Made by a program: the position numbers and the translations under genes
NCBI GenBank assembly: GCA_041739995.1
Contig: JBGSMV010000059.1
Coordinates: 32,001 to 96,000, forward strand
Reading direction: 5' to 3'
Source of the DNA: Bdellovibrionota bacterium
GTDB lineage: Bacteria; Bdellovibrionota_C; UBA2361; JBGSMV01
DNA length: 64,000 nt
Part shown: in pieces, positions 62,573 to 64,000 of the stretch
Layout: every line of letters begins with the position of its first letter
How positions within the stretch are numbered: position 1 is the stretch's first letter
Notes under the pieces: generated by a model
What the model saw: the letters and a program-made list of their open reading frames with translations, nothing else
Told to the model about the DNA's origin: nothing
The model's database searches: none

Positions 62573-63292
62573 TTACACCAGGCGTTGAGGGGCTTTAATT
62601 CCCCTATCCTGCAGAGACCGAGCCTCCGCAGACCGAACATAGAACGGCTCAGTTTCTGAAATCTCTATAGCGGAGCTGGCATGACGAACTCCGAAAGAGT
62701 CAACCGGCGAGGCATCCGAGAAAATCTCACAAAACCCAATCGCCGCACCTTCAGAATCCGAAACCGCCGAGGGGGGAAGCTCCTGGTCGGGCTCGCCGGT
62801 GCTTACCCAATACGCTGACTGTGCGGAATGCAGCGCATAAAAAGCAGTGTCTCCCAGATCTCCAATGCGATGAATGAACGGAGGTGTCAACACTGCGGGC
62901 CAGCGCGGCCCGGATATCTCTGTGATAAACAGCAACCCAGTTCCCGCTGGAGAAACCACCACTACCGACTCTGCATCTGTGCGGTAGCGCCAGGCCGTAC
63001 CAATGGGGCTCAGAATGACCCACAACGGGCACTTATTTGCCCATGCAAGCCCCTTGGCGAATGAAAGCGCAATGCGGATTCCGGTAAAGGAACCTGGCCC
63101 GCCACCTACGATTATCTTAGTGACTGAACAAAGCGTAGCACCGGCTTCTGACAGTACTTCGCCCAGAACCACGCTGAATTTTTCGTCATGGCTTTGCTGC
63201 GCGCGAATACAGCGAGCAACCCGGGCGCCACTAGCCGTCTCGCACGCGAAACTTAAAAGCGGTCCGGCGCAGTCAATCGAAAGGGTCGTCAT
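62573..63292 (-). CDS. tsaB: tRNA threonylcarbamoyladenosine biosynthesis protein TsaB
   Basis: LSIDCA, GPGSFTGIRIAL and C-terminal PFYVR motifs; downstream of rseP. Confidence 0.9.
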   Translation of the reverse strand: MTTLSIDCAGPLLSFACETASGARVARCIRAQQSHDEKFSVVLGEVLSEAGATLCSVTKIIVGGGPGSFTGIRIALSFAKGLAWANKCPLWVILSPIGTAWRYRTDAESVVVVSPAGTGLLFITEISGPRWPAVLTPPFIHRIGDLGDTAFYALHSAQSAYWVSTGEPDQELPPSAVSDSEGAAIGFCEIFSDASPVDSFGVRHASSAIEISETEPFYVRSAEARSLQDRGIKAPQRLV

Positions 63293-63335
63293 CTCAAGTC
63301 GCTCATTCGAAACTTTATAAGAGCAAGAGATCCGC

Positions 63336-64000
63336 TCAGAGCAGCAGACGCATCAGGTCATTCGAAATGGCAAACAGCATTAAGCACAGCAGCAGGGTTA
63401 GCCCCACCTGATTTGCAAGCGCGAGCCAGCGAACACTCAATGGTTTTCCTCGAATTGCCTCAATCAGAAAAAATGCGAGATGACCACCGTCAAGAACAGG
63501 GACTGGCAGCAGGTTAAAAATTGCTAAGCTGACGCTCAACAATACAAGAAAACTCAGCACTGACTCAAAACCCTGAGCCGCGCTTTGCGCCGCACCAGCG
63601 AAAACCGCTACCGGTCCGCCAATGGTCTGAGTGGGACTAATGACGCCGGCGAACATTGCACCGAACATCTTACCCGTAAGCTCGATTATCGCCCATACAT
63701 GCCGAAAGCCTAGTGGTACCGCCTCGAAGAAGCTTACTGGCTCACTTACGGTGGCCTGCGCGATTCCGATGCGATATGGACGTGCGTTGGGGTCTTTGTC
63801 GTAGGTTCCGTCAAGCACGTTGAGCTCAGTATTATCCGAGGTTCCAGTCACCAAGATTTCTATTTGCTGTCTTTCGCTTGCACCTTCGTTGGTACCGCTG
63901 CTGGAGCCCTCGATAGCCGCACTCTCCACCGCCCTGTCAACAACGATGGTGAGCGGAGCCCCCGCAGAACCTCGCACCGTTTCTGCGAGATTTATCCAAG
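63336..64000 (-). CDS. rseP: RIP metalloprotease RseP, C-terminal part (truncated by window edge)
   Basis: IGGPV, SLAIFNLLPVPVLDGGH and NDL motifs. Confidence 0.9.
   Translation of the reverse strand, partial: WINLAETVRGSAGAPLTIVVDRAVESAAIEGSSSGTNEGASERQQIEILVTGTSDNTELNVLDGTYDKDPNARPYRIGIAQATVSEPVSFFEAVPLGFRHVWAIIELTGKMFGAMFAGVISPTQTIGGPVAVFAGAAQSAAQGFESVLSFLVLLSVSLAIFNLLPVPVLDGGHLAFFLIEAIRGKPLSVRWLALANQVGLTLLLCLMLFAISNDLMRLLL

Overview
Bacterial chromosomal window dominated by housekeeping genes, mostly on the minus strand. It carries acs, clpB/cbpA, ispH, the ispE-tRNA-Gln-prs-rplY-pth-rpsF-rplI block, suhB, dksA, an acyl-CoA carboxyltransferase cluster, a long pyrR-pyrB-pyrC-carA-carB-greA-thiolase-dnaG-rpoD run, an NtrC-type regulator, rho, tsaB and partial rseP. 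Gene order and protein style look deltaproteobacteria/Bdellovibrionota-like (inference only). An accessory segment (~6.8-13.5 kb) lies 3' of a tRNA-Met. It holds a tightly coupled three-gene operon (di-iron fatty-acid-hydroxylase family, small conserved-looking protein, HTTM/gamma-carboxylase-like membrane protein fused to a DCC1-like CxxC domain), a Cys-rich secreted peptide and gene remnants. Notable non-coding features: (1) a ~190-bp structured element in two ~90% identical inverted copies (15.1 and 40.3 kb); (2) a duplicated tRNA 3' end with a REP-like hairpin; (3) a PyrR-binding loop followed by a C-rich 12-nt-periodic tract rather than an obvious terminator; (4) a CTAG-bounded palindrome; (5) many short tandem duplications. 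I saw no CRISPR array, rRNA, integrase or intact transposase. All calls come from manual motif recognition; no searches were run.
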